From IMG/VR virus record IMGVR_UViG_3300026512_000025, positions 1 through 43,379 of that record: a DNA stretch of 43,379 nucleotides. One strand, given 5' to 3'. Source of the stretch: a virus (Duplodnaviria; Caudoviricetes). Below the pieces are notes generated by a model. It was not told where the DNA came from. It searched no databases and was given only the letters and a program-made list of their open reading frames with translations. Below are positions 1 through 9,070 of the stretch, in pieces (the first letter of the stretch is position 1; each line of letters starts with the position of its first letter). The position numbers and the translations under genes were made by a program.

Positions 1-120
<120 letters not shown>

Positions 121-158
121 TTACATTTATTTTTACATTTATAGAGATTTTTACATAA

Positions 159-209
159 AACGGTTGAAATACTGCATTAATTATAGGGAACGGTTGAAAT
201 CCTGCATTA
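159..209 (+). repeat. Direct repeat AACGGTTGAAAT(A/C)CTGCATTA x2, 30-bp period
   Basis: Seen directly. The same core GTTGAAATCCTGCAT forms an inverted pair at 4232-4282. Confidence 0.8.
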
Positions 210-319
210 TTTTGAAATTCTCTAAATAAAAAAAATAAAATTAATTAAGTAGCAAATATTTTAGTTTAATTAAGCCTCCATTTATGGCGGTTTATAAAAT
301 TAAAATAGGAGATGAAATT

Positions 320-454
320 ATGCTTATAATCTCATATCAACAACGAAGCGGTGCTATTAATACAATTAGCACAAAAAATAAAAATAAAAAAGGTGAGATA
401 CTTAATTTATTAAGTAGATTAAACTACAAAATTATAGAAATAGAGGAGAAATAA
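320..454 (+). CDS. Small hypothetical early protein (44 aa, not in ORF track)
   Basis: AGGAG upstream, open frame MLIISYQQRSG...EEK*, abuts the next gene. Confidence 0.55.
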   Translation: MLIISYQQRSGAINTISTKNKNKKGEILNLLSRLNYKIIEIEEK

Positions 455-455
455 C

Positions 456-647
456 ATGTTTGAAGAAATAAGAGAATTAATGGAAAGCGGGAACTGGAGT
501 ATTGCAATAGCAAAATTTAAAGAAATTAATCCGACGCCACGGGAATTTCAAGATTATCTAGATAGTTTAGATTATCTAGAAACTGAGACTCTAAAAGATT
601 TTGCACTGCTTGGTTTTTATGCAAGAGAATACACAGGAGGGAATTAA
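456..647 (+). CDS. Hypothetical early protein (63 aa)
   Basis: GAGGAG RBS, tight operon packing. Confidence 0.75.
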   Translation: MFEEIRELMESGNWSIAIAKFKEINPTPREFQDYLDSLDYLETETLKDFALLGFYAREYTGGN

Positions 648-648
648 A

Positions 649-750
649 ATGATATTAGATTATACAGATTATGAAATAACAATATGGGACGCAATGGATG
701 AATTTGAAATAATTCATAACTTTATATTTGAATCAGGAGAAACATTATGA
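649..750 (+). CDS. Small acidic hypothetical protein (33 aa, not in ORF track)
   Basis: GGAGG RBS, ATGA overlap with the next gene. Confidence 0.55.
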   Translation: MILDYTDYEITIWDAMDEFEIIHNFIFESGETL

Positions 751-1007
751 AAATCAGACAAATAGCGAATAATCAATTTACAGTTAATACAGAGAAAGGT
801 GTATATTTTCAAAGTTACGACAGTATAGTATGTTTTAAACCTTATGATGGAGGTAAAATACTTTTAAGTACACACTGGAGCTACAGCCGAACTACTATGA
901 AATATTTAGGGCAATTTTTAAATGATGCCAAGAAACCTGATATTTTAAAATTGATTAAAAGCGGTAAAGCTGAGGTTATAGAAACTGACAGCTTGCCAAT
1001 AAAATAA
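747..1007 (+). CDS. Hypothetical phage early protein (FQSY...YSRTT motif)
   Basis: AGGAG RBS, motif resembles a recurrent family of small phage early proteins. Confidence 0.75.
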   Translation: MKIRQIANNQFTVNTEKGVYFQSYDSIVCFKPYDGGKILLSTHWSYSRTTMKYLGQFLNDAKKPDILKLIKSGKAEVIETDSLPIK

Positions 1008-1048
1008 ACACTTAAAGGGCTTTTAGGAGTCCTTTATAGTGCTTATTT
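1002..1048 (+). other. Long imperfect RNA hairpin (terminator or RNase III-type processing site)
   Basis: aaataaacacttaaagggct pairs with agtcctttatagtgcttattt. Confidence 0.45.
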
Positions 1049-1078
1049 ATAAGTACAAAAAATTATAAGGAGTCATTA

Positions 1079-2086
1079 ATGGCTGGATTAACATTAGATT
1101 TAAGCGGAGTGGTAAATTCTGCAATAGATGAGAAGATGAAAAGCTTTGATATTGAGGGTCAAATTAAAGAATTATTAGGTGATGTTGCGAAATCTGCATC
1201 TAAAATTCTTGAAGTTAAATTAAAAGGCGATGAAAAAGGCACTAAACTGCCTTTGGTTCATAAACAATTTGAACAATTACTCAAAGTCGCTCAACTAAAA
1301 GGTGTAAATATACTTTTAACGGGTGGAGCTGGACTTAGTAAAAGTACAGCGGTTGAGCAAGTTGCGGCTGCTTTTAAACTTGAACTGGCGTCAATATCCT
1401 TTAGTAATCAGACGACAAAAACTGACTTATTAGGTTTTATAGATGCTAACGGTGTTTATAGAATGAGCAGCTTTGTAGATGCTTTCAAAAATGGCAAAAT
1501 ATTTTTAGCCGATGAAATGGACGCGTGTTCCTCAAATGTACTGGTACTATTAAACAGTGCAATAGCAAATGGGCGATTAGAATTACCAAATAATGAAGTA
1601 GTATTTGCCCACGATAACTTTAGATTTATTGCAACAGCAAATACAAACTTAAGAGGTGGTAAAAATGGTTTTACTGCAAGAAATAAACTAGATGCGGCAA
1701 CTATTGATAGATTTGTAGTTATAGACTGGAAATTAGATGAAGATTTGGAACAAAAGCTCACTAATAATGATGCTTGGCTAAAAATAGTAAGAAAGTGTAG
1801 AGTAGTTGCGGAAGATAGTTTAGATGGTGTTGTTATAACGCCCAGAAGTAGCTATGACGGTGCAAAACTACTTAAGATGGGTATTGATATAGACTTTGTA
1901 ATTAAGAGTACTATAATTAAAGCTATAGGTATTGATGAAGAAAAAATACTCTTAAAAGCAATTACAGCTAATATGAAAAAAGAAGCTACTAAAAATACTA
2001 AAGTGGATGAAGTAACACCTAAAATTTCAGAAGATGATGAAATAGATGAAATTTCAGAAGATGATGTAGATGATTTTAGCTGGTAA
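1079..2086 (+). CDS. MoxR-type (CbbQ/NirQ/NorQ/CobS-like) AAA+ ATPase
   Basis: Walker A-like GGAGLSKS, Walker B FLADEMD, sensor-1 FIATANT, Arg finger LDAATIDRF, sensor-2 TPR, acidic C-terminal tail. Confidence 0.85.
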   Translation: MAGLTLDLSGVVNSAIDEKMKSFDIEGQIKELLGDVAKSASKILEVKLKGDEKGTKLPLVHKQFEQLLKVAQLKGVNILLTGGAGLSKSTAVEQVAAAFKLELASISFSNQTTKTDLLGFIDANGVYRMSSFVDAFKNGKIFLADEMDACSSNVLVLLNSAIANGRLELPNNEVVFAHDNFRFIATANTNLRGGKNGFTARNKLDAATIDRFVVIDWKLDEDLEQKLTNNDAWLKIVRKCRVVAEDSLDGVVITPRSSYDGAKLLKMGIDIDFVIKSTIIKAIGIDEEKILLKAITANMKKEATKNTKVDEVTPKISEDDEIDEISEDDVDDFSW

Positions 2087-2095
2087 GGAGATATT

Positions 2096-2941
2096 ATGGA
2101 GATGATAGATAAACCTGAATTACATGAAGATTTTAAAATCTTAATGAAAAAACCTGAGTGGTTTAAAGATAAAAACCCTAAACAAATGCTTTATTTGCGT
2201 TCGAGGTCTTTAGACTCTTGGAGCAATTATATGCTTACAAACAAAAATACCAAGAAATCTAGTATGAGTAACGATTATGAAAAATGGTCTGGGTGTACTA
2301 CTTGGAAAGATTATCTTAAAATACTTGAAAATGGTGATGAAGATATAGTAAAAAAAGTTAAAGTAGCTACTCAAAAGGCTACTAAAGAACTTGAAAAAGA
2401 ACATGAGAAGATAATTGTGGGTTATAAATTTGATGTGACAGGTGAACAATTTGATATCGGTCTTGTTTTGAGTGGTGTTCCTGAAGTATGGTTAGAACCT
2501 GAGGAAATAGATAAAGAGATACCTAAAGTTACTATTAGACTTAATTTAACATACTCAGCAGCTACAAAAACAGATTCTGTGGTTGAAAACGCTAGTAAAA
2601 TATTAGCGATAACTAAAGTGCTTGATGAAATGGGTATATTAGTTAGATTAGAGGGCTATAACATGGCGTATTACTATGATGCCATACACCGTAGGAGAGT
2701 TATTATTATAGAGAACACTATAAAGAATTTTGACGAGCCTTTAAACTTTGCAAAAATAAGTGCTTTCATAAGCCCAGCTCAATTTAGACGAGGTTGTTTT
2801 TATTTACTTGAAACTTGTGCGGAAAAATTAGAAGGAGGTTACGGTAAAGCTTTTGAACATAAAGGCATATTAAATATTTCAAATAAATTAGAAATTAAAG
2901 ACTTTGAAAAAAGTCTCTTTAAAGGATTTGAAAATGGATAG
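2096..2941 (+). CDS. Putative vWA-like partner of the AAA+ ATPase
   Basis: Directly follows the MoxR ATPase. Degenerate MIDAS-like strand IRLNLTYS and FDIGLVLSGVPE motif. Confidence 0.55.
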   Translation: MEMIDKPELHEDFKILMKKPEWFKDKNPKQMLYLRSRSLDSWSNYMLTNKNTKKSSMSNDYEKWSGCTTWKDYLKILENGDEDIVKKVKVATQKATKELEKEHEKIIVGYKFDVTGEQFDIGLVLSGVPEVWLEPEEIDKEIPKVTIRLNLTYSAATKTDSVVENASKILAITKVLDEMGILVRLEGYNMAYYYDAIHRRRVIIIENTIKNFDEPLNFAKISAFISPAQFRRGCFYLLETCAEKLEGGYGKAFEHKGILNISNKLEIKDFEKSLFKGFENG

Positions 2942-3203
2942 ATTTGAAAAAGGTAAAGTTTACTTTGTAAAAACAGATAACGGTTTTTACTTAGTACAAC
3001 AAAAAAGTTATAGAGGATGGGTCGCAATCAACTTTACTCATCCTAACATAGATTTTAATAAGTTAGTGATAGAGAAGAATGGTAAAGATTTATTCAAATA
3101 TTTTCAAACATTTGATAATGTTGAATATAAATCTTATAGTATAAATAACATTCCAGAGTATAGACGTGAAATGTTTACAATACTTAAAATAGGAGAATTT
3201 TGA
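2934..3203 (+). CDS. Hypothetical protein (likely start MDRFEK)
   Basis: AAGGA RBS before ATG 2934, overlaps the previous stop. Confidence 0.7.
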   Translation: MDRFEKGKVYFVKTDNGFYLVQQKSYRGWVAINFTHPNIDFNKLVIEKNGKDLFKYFQTFDNVEYKSYSINNIPEYRREMFTILKIGEF

Positions 3204-3439
3204 TGATACAAATATGGAAAGATAAAAAAGGTACTTTGGTACTAACATACACAAAAGGTTTCCACCATACCCTTTATATGCACGATTTAGGGTATATAAA
3301 GGCTGGTGAGCTGCAATGCTCATGGGATAAAGTTAATATAAAAGCTGAATGTATTAAAAATACAGCTCAGCTTGAAAAATGGTTATTAAAAAATGAGAGT
3401 AAAATAAGAAAGGGTTTGAGATGGTTAAAGCTTATTTAG
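3200..3439 (+). CDS. Hypothetical protein
   Basis: AGGAG RBS, overlapping operon packing. Confidence 0.65.
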   Translation: MMIQIWKDKKGTLVLTYTKGFHHTLYMHDLGYIKAGELQCSWDKVNIKAECIKNTAQLEKWLLKNESKIRKGLRWLKLI

Positions 3440-3759
3440 TTAGTAATACTTGTGATGTGTTTACAACTATTGATAAAGTAACAATACATAATTGGAGAGA
3501 TTATTCAAAATTACTTGATTGTGATTTATTTGATGTTGTAAGAGTTGAGTGGGGTGGTAAAGACATCTCACTCTATATAGATGATGAGGGTATGTTAAAA
3601 GAAAATTATGGGAGACGTGTTGAGGGTTATCCAGAGCCTTTATTTGGCAATATCATTGTAACAGGTGGTGTAGATAGTGAAGGGAACACATTAAGTATTC
3701 CTGATGATATTATAGTGTCTGAACATATTGGACAAATTGAATATAAAATAAAAGGTTAA
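3421..3759 (+). CDS. DUF3846-like phage protein
   Basis: LYIDDEG..K and L.GNIIVTG...EG...S motifs typical of DUF3846. Confidence 0.7.
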   Translation: MVKAYLVSNTCDVFTTIDKVTIHNWRDYSKLLDCDLFDVVRVEWGGKDISLYIDDEGMLKENYGRRVEGYPEPLFGNIIVTGGVDSEGNTLSIPDDIIVSEHIGQIEYKIKG

Positions 3760-3762
3760 AAG

Positions 3763-4005
3763 ATGAAATTAAAAGAGATAAAAGAAGCAGTAGGGAATGC
3801 AAAATGCAGTACACGAAAACCTGATAAAGTTCTAGTCAAACTTGATGATTTAGATTTAATGATTGATTACATAGAGTCATTAGAATACTTCACAACAAAG
3901 ATAAATAAAGAAAAAGATGACCTTACATCAAAGGTTATCCAGCTAGAAAAAGATTTAAACTTAGCACTAACCAACCATTGTGTTGAGTTAGATACCTACA
4001 TTTAA
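3763..4005 (+). CDS. Hypothetical coiled-coil protein
   Basis: ORF in operon, heptad pattern. Confidence 0.7.
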   Translation: MKLKEIKEAVGNAKCSTRKPDKVLVKLDDLDLMIDYIESLEYFTTKINKEKDDLTSKVIQLEKDLNLALTNHCVELDTYI

Positions 4006-4015
4006 AGGCTGTAAA

Positions 4016-4255
4016 ATGACTAAAACATATCAAGGTAATGAAGAATATAGTGTGTATTTCTTCTCAACAGGTAGAGCAATTACATTAAAAGAGAGTGAAA
4101 TTGAAGCAATTAATGAAGAGCAAATAGATGAGATAAGGAGATTAGAAGACGAAATTGATAAGTTTCAAAATGAAATTTCAGATTTAAAAAACGAAATTTT
4201 AGATTTAACTAAACAAATTATTGAAAAAGAAAATGTTGAAATCCTGCATTCTTAA
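4016..4255 (+). CDS. Hypothetical coiled-coil protein
   Basis: ORF in operon, E/K/I/L-rich heptads. Confidence 0.7.
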   Translation: MTKTYQGNEEYSVYFFSTGRAITLKESEIEAINEEQIDEIRRLEDEIDKFQNEISDLKNEILDLTKQIIEKENVEILHS

Positions 4256-4597
4256 AATAAACTTATGCAGGATTTCAACATTCTTAACTGAACCTTAAAT
4301 AAAGCGTGGTCAAAATTGGTGAAGTCAATTTTTTGGCGTCACTTTTGACCACGCCTTAAACCTCGTGTGGCAGGGGGTTGCAGCGATTGAGAAGTCAATG
4401 TAGTCAGAAAATTTACACTGAGACCCTATATACATATTTTATTTTTTTTAATAATAAAAAAAATAAAATATATATCACATATAGGGTATATATTAGTGAC
4501 TACATTGACTACAAGTGCTGTTTACCCCTATTTTAGGGAGTTTTAGCGTATGCAAAAGTGTAGTCAAATGCGTAGTCACTAATTTAATCGTGACTAC
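4232..4597. repeat. Cluster of nested inverted repeats and GTAGTCA/TGACTAC iterons, putative replication origin
   Basis: IRs at 4232-4249/4265-4282, 4304-4315/4343-4354, 4393-4406/4497-4510, 4423-4431/4479-4487 and 4434-4449/4456-4471. AT-only core. Lies immediately upstream of the primase-helicase. Confidence 0.6.
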
Positions 4598-4608
4598 ACA
4601 GCTAAAAC

Positions 4609-4637
4609 TTGACATAACAAGAACCCTTTGCTACAAT
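4609..4637 (+). promoter_or_regulatory. Sigma70 promoter for primase operon
   Basis: TTGACA-17 bp-TACAAT with extended -10 TG. Confidence 0.75.
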
Positions 4638-4651
4638 ACCGCATACAAAAT

Positions 4652-4732
4652 TCAACAAGCCGTCCAAACAGCTACAAGACAACTTCGGTTGGCTTGTTGA
4701 GTCTTGTAATTACAAGAAGCTGTTTGGACGGC
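4652..4732 (+). ncRNA. Candidate structured 5' leader RNA with alternative pairings
   Basis: Complementary pairs 4659-4673/4718-4732, 4673-4680/4701-4708 and 4652-4661/4691-4700, plus AAC-UUCG-GUU tetraloop. Confidence 0.5.
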
Positions 4733-4776
4733 AACTTCTTGAAGACTTTTATATTTTAGTCCCAAAGGAGTTATAC

Positions 4777-7155
4777 ATGAACGAAAAGTTAAAAGACGCT
4801 TATGAACAATATCGTTCATTAGGGTTTATACTTCAGCAATCTGCTAAGAACCAAAAACACGCACACCGAAAAGGTTCGTATCAAGACAGAGACAATGAAC
4901 CTTACACACCATCTGCTACAGGTTACGTAGCAATTATTCCTAAGAACATCATTATCGTCGATAATGACAGTTACAAAGATGATAGTGCCTCATTCTCAAA
5001 ACTTTGCAACGATTTAGGTTATATTCCTGAAGCTTTTGCAATTACACCGAGTGGTGGCGAGCATTACGCTTTTGAAAATAAAAAACCTGATTTTGTAATC
5101 GGTAAAACAATCGACAAGTACCCTGCTCTTGATATCTATGCAGGTTATCAATCAGTTATTCCGATAGTTGGAACAACAGTTCTCAATAAGCAAGGGAAAT
5201 TAGCTTCTTACGAATGGGCTAGTTTTGATGACACACTTGTCGTGAACGAGTGGGATGATAACTTCACAGAGTTATTTAACATGCGAGAAAGAAGTGAGCG
5301 CAATCAAACCGCTGAGTATGATGACCTTGACATAGCTCTCAAAGCTGAGGATATGCCACTTGAAGAAGTTGAGCAGTTAATCTCCGAATTACCTGAGAAT
5401 TTAGACTATGACACTTGGCTTGAAATCGGTATGGCAATTTATGACCGTTTTGGAGGCAGTGAGGAGGGGTACAAATACTTCAACAAATTCAGTGCAAAAT
5501 CATCTACAAAATATGATGAAAATCTCACCTTCATAAAATGGCATGAGGGGCATTTAATACCCAACTCGATAACTTATAAGCGGTTACGCCTTTTCGTGGC
5601 TTCTACCCACCTTAAAATGATTGAGAACAGCATATCTGATATGAAATCAGATGACAATCTGCAAGAAATCATTGAAAAAGTCAAAAATACACCTAAATTC
5701 AACACAGTTGAACTACCAGATAATAAGGTCAGAGAAAAGCTTGCTAACCAACTAAATTCAAAGTTAAAAAAGCTTAAAAAAGATAACCCAGAAATTAAGA
5801 TTATTCAAGCAAGAACTTTGGTTAAAGAGTTGAGTCCTGAAAAAGATGTTGCAGATATCACAGACAATTCTAGTTTTGACTTGTATCGCTTAGATAACAA
5901 ATATTTACTGAGAGTGGGTAATACTGTAATTGAAAATATAACTGCTGGTATGTTAAGTGAAACTATGAATAGTCAAGGTATCAAAATCAGTAAAGATGAG
6001 CTAAGCACTCTAAAATATTCAACACCGACCATAGGTAATTATACACAAGTAGCAGACTATTTACTGCCGCAAGAGTCAAAATTTACATTAGAGCAAACAA
6101 CGCAATATACACCTCCCAAACTTGTTTTAAGGACAAACCCTATTTATGGTCTTGATTTAGGTGAGATAGATGAAGAAGTGTATTATGATTTTAACCATAA
6201 TGTATGGGGTGGTAAATTAGAGGATATGATACGATTAATAGCTCTCACAATTAAATTTAAAGAGAGTAAATTAAATCGTTTGATGGTCATTGCTCCATCA
6301 AATTCAGGTAAATCTGAAATATTTACAATGCTCGATTTTCAAAAAGTTACAATGCCTAGATTATTAGCGGGTATGAGAGGTGATAAAGGTGTCGGAGAGC
6401 CTGTAATACGGGGTATTCGTAAAACAGGGTTATTGCTTATAGACGAAGCAAATAAAGCACTCCCTGCTGAAATTAAAGATATGGATAAAGAGTTACATAT
6501 TGACCAGTTTGGTAGTAATGGTACACAAATATTACCTTTACACTTTACAGCATTAACTTCTACCCATAAGGAAGCTACCCGTAATAATTCAGATGAGATT
6601 TACAATCGCTTTTTGCAAGTAGAATTACTTGCAAGTGAGATGAAGTATCAAATTATACAGAGTCCTTTGTTTTTAAAGAATGGAGAACATTACAGCTCGA
6701 ACATCAAAAAAGCTATATTCCGATTATTCAAAGAAACAATAGACAGTGATGCAGATATTAATGAGTTAAGAGCCTTACAAGCTGAGTATAGAGTGCCACT
6801 TAACACAGACCTTAATGATTTATTACTAGAAATATCTTATGATTATATAAATCACATTAAGATTAATTCTAAACCTTTTGGTGACATTGTAGAAAGAGCA
6901 GGTGAATATTTCATTAAGCGTAAAAAAGACGCTAAGGATTATTTTGATGATAGATTAAGTGAGATAAAAGAACTTGATGTACCGAAGTATAGCGAACTCT
7001 TACTTAACCACTTTATACCTAGTGAAAACAGGAACTCTATTCGCATTGATGGTAAACCAATAAGGTATTACAAACTAGAGTTGTTACCTTATACAGATGA
7101 TGAGGAAGAAAAACTAATATCTGAATTTGATAATTTAGAGTTAGATGAATTTTAG
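4777..7155 (+). CDS. Primase-polymerase (AEP) / PriCT-2 / P-loop helicase fusion
   Basis: AEP motifs IVDND, TPSGGEHY, LDIY. PriCT-2-like YDTWLEIGMAI. Walker A APSNSGKS and Walker B LLIDE. Confidence 0.85.
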   Translation: MNEKLKDAYEQYRSLGFILQQSAKNQKHAHRKGSYQDRDNEPYTPSATGYVAIIPKNIIIVDNDSYKDDSASFSKLCNDLGYIPEAFAITPSGGEHYAFENKKPDFVIGKTIDKYPALDIYAGYQSVIPIVGTTVLNKQGKLASYEWASFDDTLVVNEWDDNFTELFNMRERSERNQTAEYDDLDIALKAEDMPLEEVEQLISELPENLDYDTWLEIGMAIYDRFGGSEEGYKYFNKFSAKSSTKYDENLTFIKWHEGHLIPNSITYKRLRLFVASTHLKMIENSISDMKSDDNLQEIIEKVKNTPKFNTVELPDNKVREKLANQLNSKLKKLKKDNPEIKIIQARTLVKELSPEKDVADITDNSSFDLYRLDNKYLLRVGNTVIENITAGMLSETMNSQGIKISKDELSTLKYSTPTIGNYTQVADYLLPQESKFTLEQTTQYTPPKLVLRTNPIYGLDLGEIDEEVYYDFNHNVWGGKLEDMIRLIALTIKFKESKLNRLMVIAPSNSGKSEIFTMLDFQKVTMPRLLAGMRGDKGVGEPVIRGIRKTGLLLIDEANKALPAEIKDMDKELHIDQFGSNGTQILPLHFTALTSTHKEATRNNSDEIYNRFLQVELLASEMKYQIIQSPLFLKNGEHYSSNIKKAIFRLFKETIDSDADINELRALQAEYRVPLNTDLNDLLLEISYDYINHIKINSKPFGDIVERAGEYFIKRKKDAKDYFDDRLSEIKELDVPKYSELLLNHFIPSENRNSIRIDGKPIRYYKLELLPYTDDEEEKLISEFDNLELDEF

Positions 7156-7160
7156 TATAA

Positions 7161-7183
7161 CTTAAGAAGACTTAAGTTATACT
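7161..7183 (+). promoter_or_regulatory. Putative promoter CTTAAG-N4-CTTAAGT-TATACT
   Basis: Same layout recurs at 8895-8917 and 9841-9863, each just before an RBS and gene start. Confidence 0.55.
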
Positions 7184-7207
7184 ACACAAAAACAAAAGGA
7201 AAATAAA

Positions 7208-7549
7208 ATGAAAATTACAATCGACACAACAGAGACATTAAGTCAAAAAGACAGAGAGATTTTAAACTTACTGTTAAATGAAACACCAAAAGTAGAGAAA
7301 AAAGCAGCTGAGATTAAAGCTAAAGCACCTGCACGACCTAAAACAGAGAAAAAGGTAGAAACACCAACTCCAGCACCTGAAAAAGCTTCAGCGGTAACTA
7401 TAGACGATTTAAAAAATGAAGCTAAAGAAGCAACTAAACGTACTGATAGATTGACAGTTAAAAAAGCTATTGGTAAATATGCAGATAAACTTGTTGATGT
7501 GAAAGTTGATGACTATGAAGCATTGCTTGTAGATTTGAAAGGATTATAA
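7208..7549 (+). CDS. Hypothetical protein typical of DUF2800/DUF2815/PolA modules (Pro/Ala/Lys linker + helical C-terminal domain)
   Basis: AAGGA RBS, conserved position before the DUF2800 nuclease. Confidence 0.75.
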   Translation: MKITIDTTETLSQKDREILNLLLNETPKVEKKAAEIKAKAPARPKTEKKVETPTPAPEKASAVTIDDLKNEAKEATKRTDRLTVKKAIGKYADKLVDVKVDDYEALLVDLKGL

Positions 7550-7550
7550 G

Positions 7551-7736
7551 ATGAGAGATTTAAACAAAGAGTTTAAAACAGTTAGTAAAAAAGTGTATAA
7601 ATTAAAAGTAGAGTTGTTTGATAAACTGGATGATAATGAGAAAATTAAAAACATTAAAAAAGTTCAGAATGAGTTTCAATTACTTAGCGGTTTATCTGAT
7701 TTGTTAGATGTAATTGAAACTGGAGGAGTTGAATAA
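7551..7736 (+). CDS. Hypothetical protein
   Basis: AAGGA RBS, operon packing. Confidence 0.7.
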   Translation: MRDLNKEFKTVSKKVYKLKVELFDKLDDNEKIKNIKKVQNEFQLLSGLSDLLDVIETGGVE

Positions 7737-8864
7737 ATGCAGCATGCTAGATTGAGCCCTAGCGGCTCGGTTAGATGGTTACAGTGTACTAAGTCAGTTG
7801 AAATGGAGAGTGCTTACGGTAATGACACAAACTCCGCAGCTGAATGGGGTACAAACGTTCACCACATAGGAGAGTTGCTACTTAAAGGTGAGAATATAGT
7901 CATCGGAGATACGCTGCAAGAACGAGGTGGTGAGTCATTTATCGTAGATGATGAGATGTTAACTTGCGCATTAGATTATGCCAACTATGTTAGAGGTTTT
8001 ATAGATGATAAAAGTACAGTTTTAATAGAGGAAACTTTTGATTTATCTTTTATAGCTCCTGATACATTTGGGACATCTGATGCAACTGTAGTGAATGATA
8101 CAACACTACATGTAATGGATTTAAAGACAGGTAGAAATCTCGTATATGCTGAAAACAATACACAGCTAATGCTGTATGCTCTAGGTGCGTTACATAAAGT
8201 TGAGAGTGAGCATTATATTGATGAAGTAGTTTTACATATCGTTCAAAGTAGAGTTGGTCATGTTGATACATGGGTTACTGATGTGGATGCCTTATTAGAG
8301 TTTGAAAAGTTTGCTAAAGAACAAGCTAATAGTATCATTAGTGGTAATACAAGTTACAAACCTACTGCTAAAGGGTGTATGTGGTGTAAACATAAGGCAC
8401 ACTGTGATACACTTAGAACTTATACTGAGAATATCATCAAAGGTGATATTGATAACTTGGAAGATTTAGATGCTAATGTTGCAAATAACACGCATATTAA
8501 ACAAATACTTGATAATAAAGATTTAATAATTGGATTTATCAACGCTGTTGAGGAAGTCGCTCTAGAGAAGTTGCAACAAGGCGAAGATATTGATGGTTAT
8601 AAAGTTGTTGAAAGTAGAACTAATCGCAGATGGGATAAGGAGAACGAAGATAAAATTGAAAAATATCTCGTTAGAAAACTTAAAACTTCTGGAGCATATA
8701 AGCAAACGCTAATCAGTCCAACACAAGCGATTAAAAAACTTGATGAGACAGGTAAAAAATATGTTGAGAAACTTATTGTTAAACCAAAAGGTAAACCGAC
8801 TATTGTTCCGATTACTGATAAAAGACAATCAGTTTCAATAGCTGATGGTTTTGATAAGTGTTAA
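7737..8864 (+). CDS. DUF2800 family Cas4-like PD-(D/E)xK exonuclease
   Basis: HARLSPS...RWLQC, GTNVH, FGTSD, VMDLKTG, QLMLYALG, C-x2-C-x5-C. Confidence 0.85.
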   Translation: MQHARLSPSGSVRWLQCTKSVEMESAYGNDTNSAAEWGTNVHHIGELLLKGENIVIGDTLQERGGESFIVDDEMLTCALDYANYVRGFIDDKSTVLIEETFDLSFIAPDTFGTSDATVVNDTTLHVMDLKTGRNLVYAENNTQLMLYALGALHKVESEHYIDEVVLHIVQSRVGHVDTWVTDVDALLEFEKFAKEQANSIISGNTSYKPTAKGCMWCKHKAHCDTLRTYTENIIKGDIDNLEDLDANVANNTHIKQILDNKDLIIGFINAVEEVALEKLQQGEDIDGYKVVESRTNRRWDKENEDKIEKYLVRKLKTSGAYKQTLISPTQAIKKLDETGKKYVEKLIVKPKGKPTIVPITDKRQSVSIADGFDKC

Positions 8865-8872
8865 AGTACATA

Positions 8873-8917
8873 TAACCAACACAATAAAGTGTTGGTTAAG
8901 ACTTTATTAGATATACT
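8873..8917 (+). promoter_or_regulatory. Inverted-repeat operator TAACCAACAC-N6-GTGTTGGTTA overlapping promoter (TATACT 8912-8917)
   Basis: Perfect 10-bp IR upstream of a small RHH-like gene. Confidence 0.55.
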
Positions 8918-8947
8918 TAACAAGTTTAAAACAATCAGGAGAACAAT

Positions 8948-9070
8948 ATGACAGTAAATATTACAAAAGAGACATTTAAGAAGCTAGCTAGAGTAGCAGA
9001 TAGAATGGATTTACCTAAAGCACAGGTAGTTAATCAACTACTAAATAAATGGCTAGAGGAGAATAAATAA
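8948..9070 (+). CDS. Ribbon-helix-helix (CopG/Arc-like) DNA-binding protein, 40 aa (not in ORF track)
   Basis: AGGAG RBS, MTVNITKETFKKLARVADRMDLPKAQVVNQLLNKWLEENK, TAATG coupling to rha. Confidence 0.7.
   Translation: MTVNITKETFKKLARVADRMDLPKAQVVNQLLNKWLEENK

Noticed and set aside
159-209. GTTGAAAT repeats as a mini-CRISPR array
   Set aside because: Period is only 30 bp with ~9-nt spacers, and the motif occurs elsewhere as an inverted pair. An operator-like site fits better.
4515-4700. 61-aa ORF in the track
   Set aside because: No RBS. It overlaps iterons, a consensus promoter and a structured leader.
7737-8864. Cas4-like nuclease as evidence of a CRISPR-Cas system
   Set aside because: It sits in the standard DUF2800-SSB-PolA phage replication context, with no array or other cas genes.
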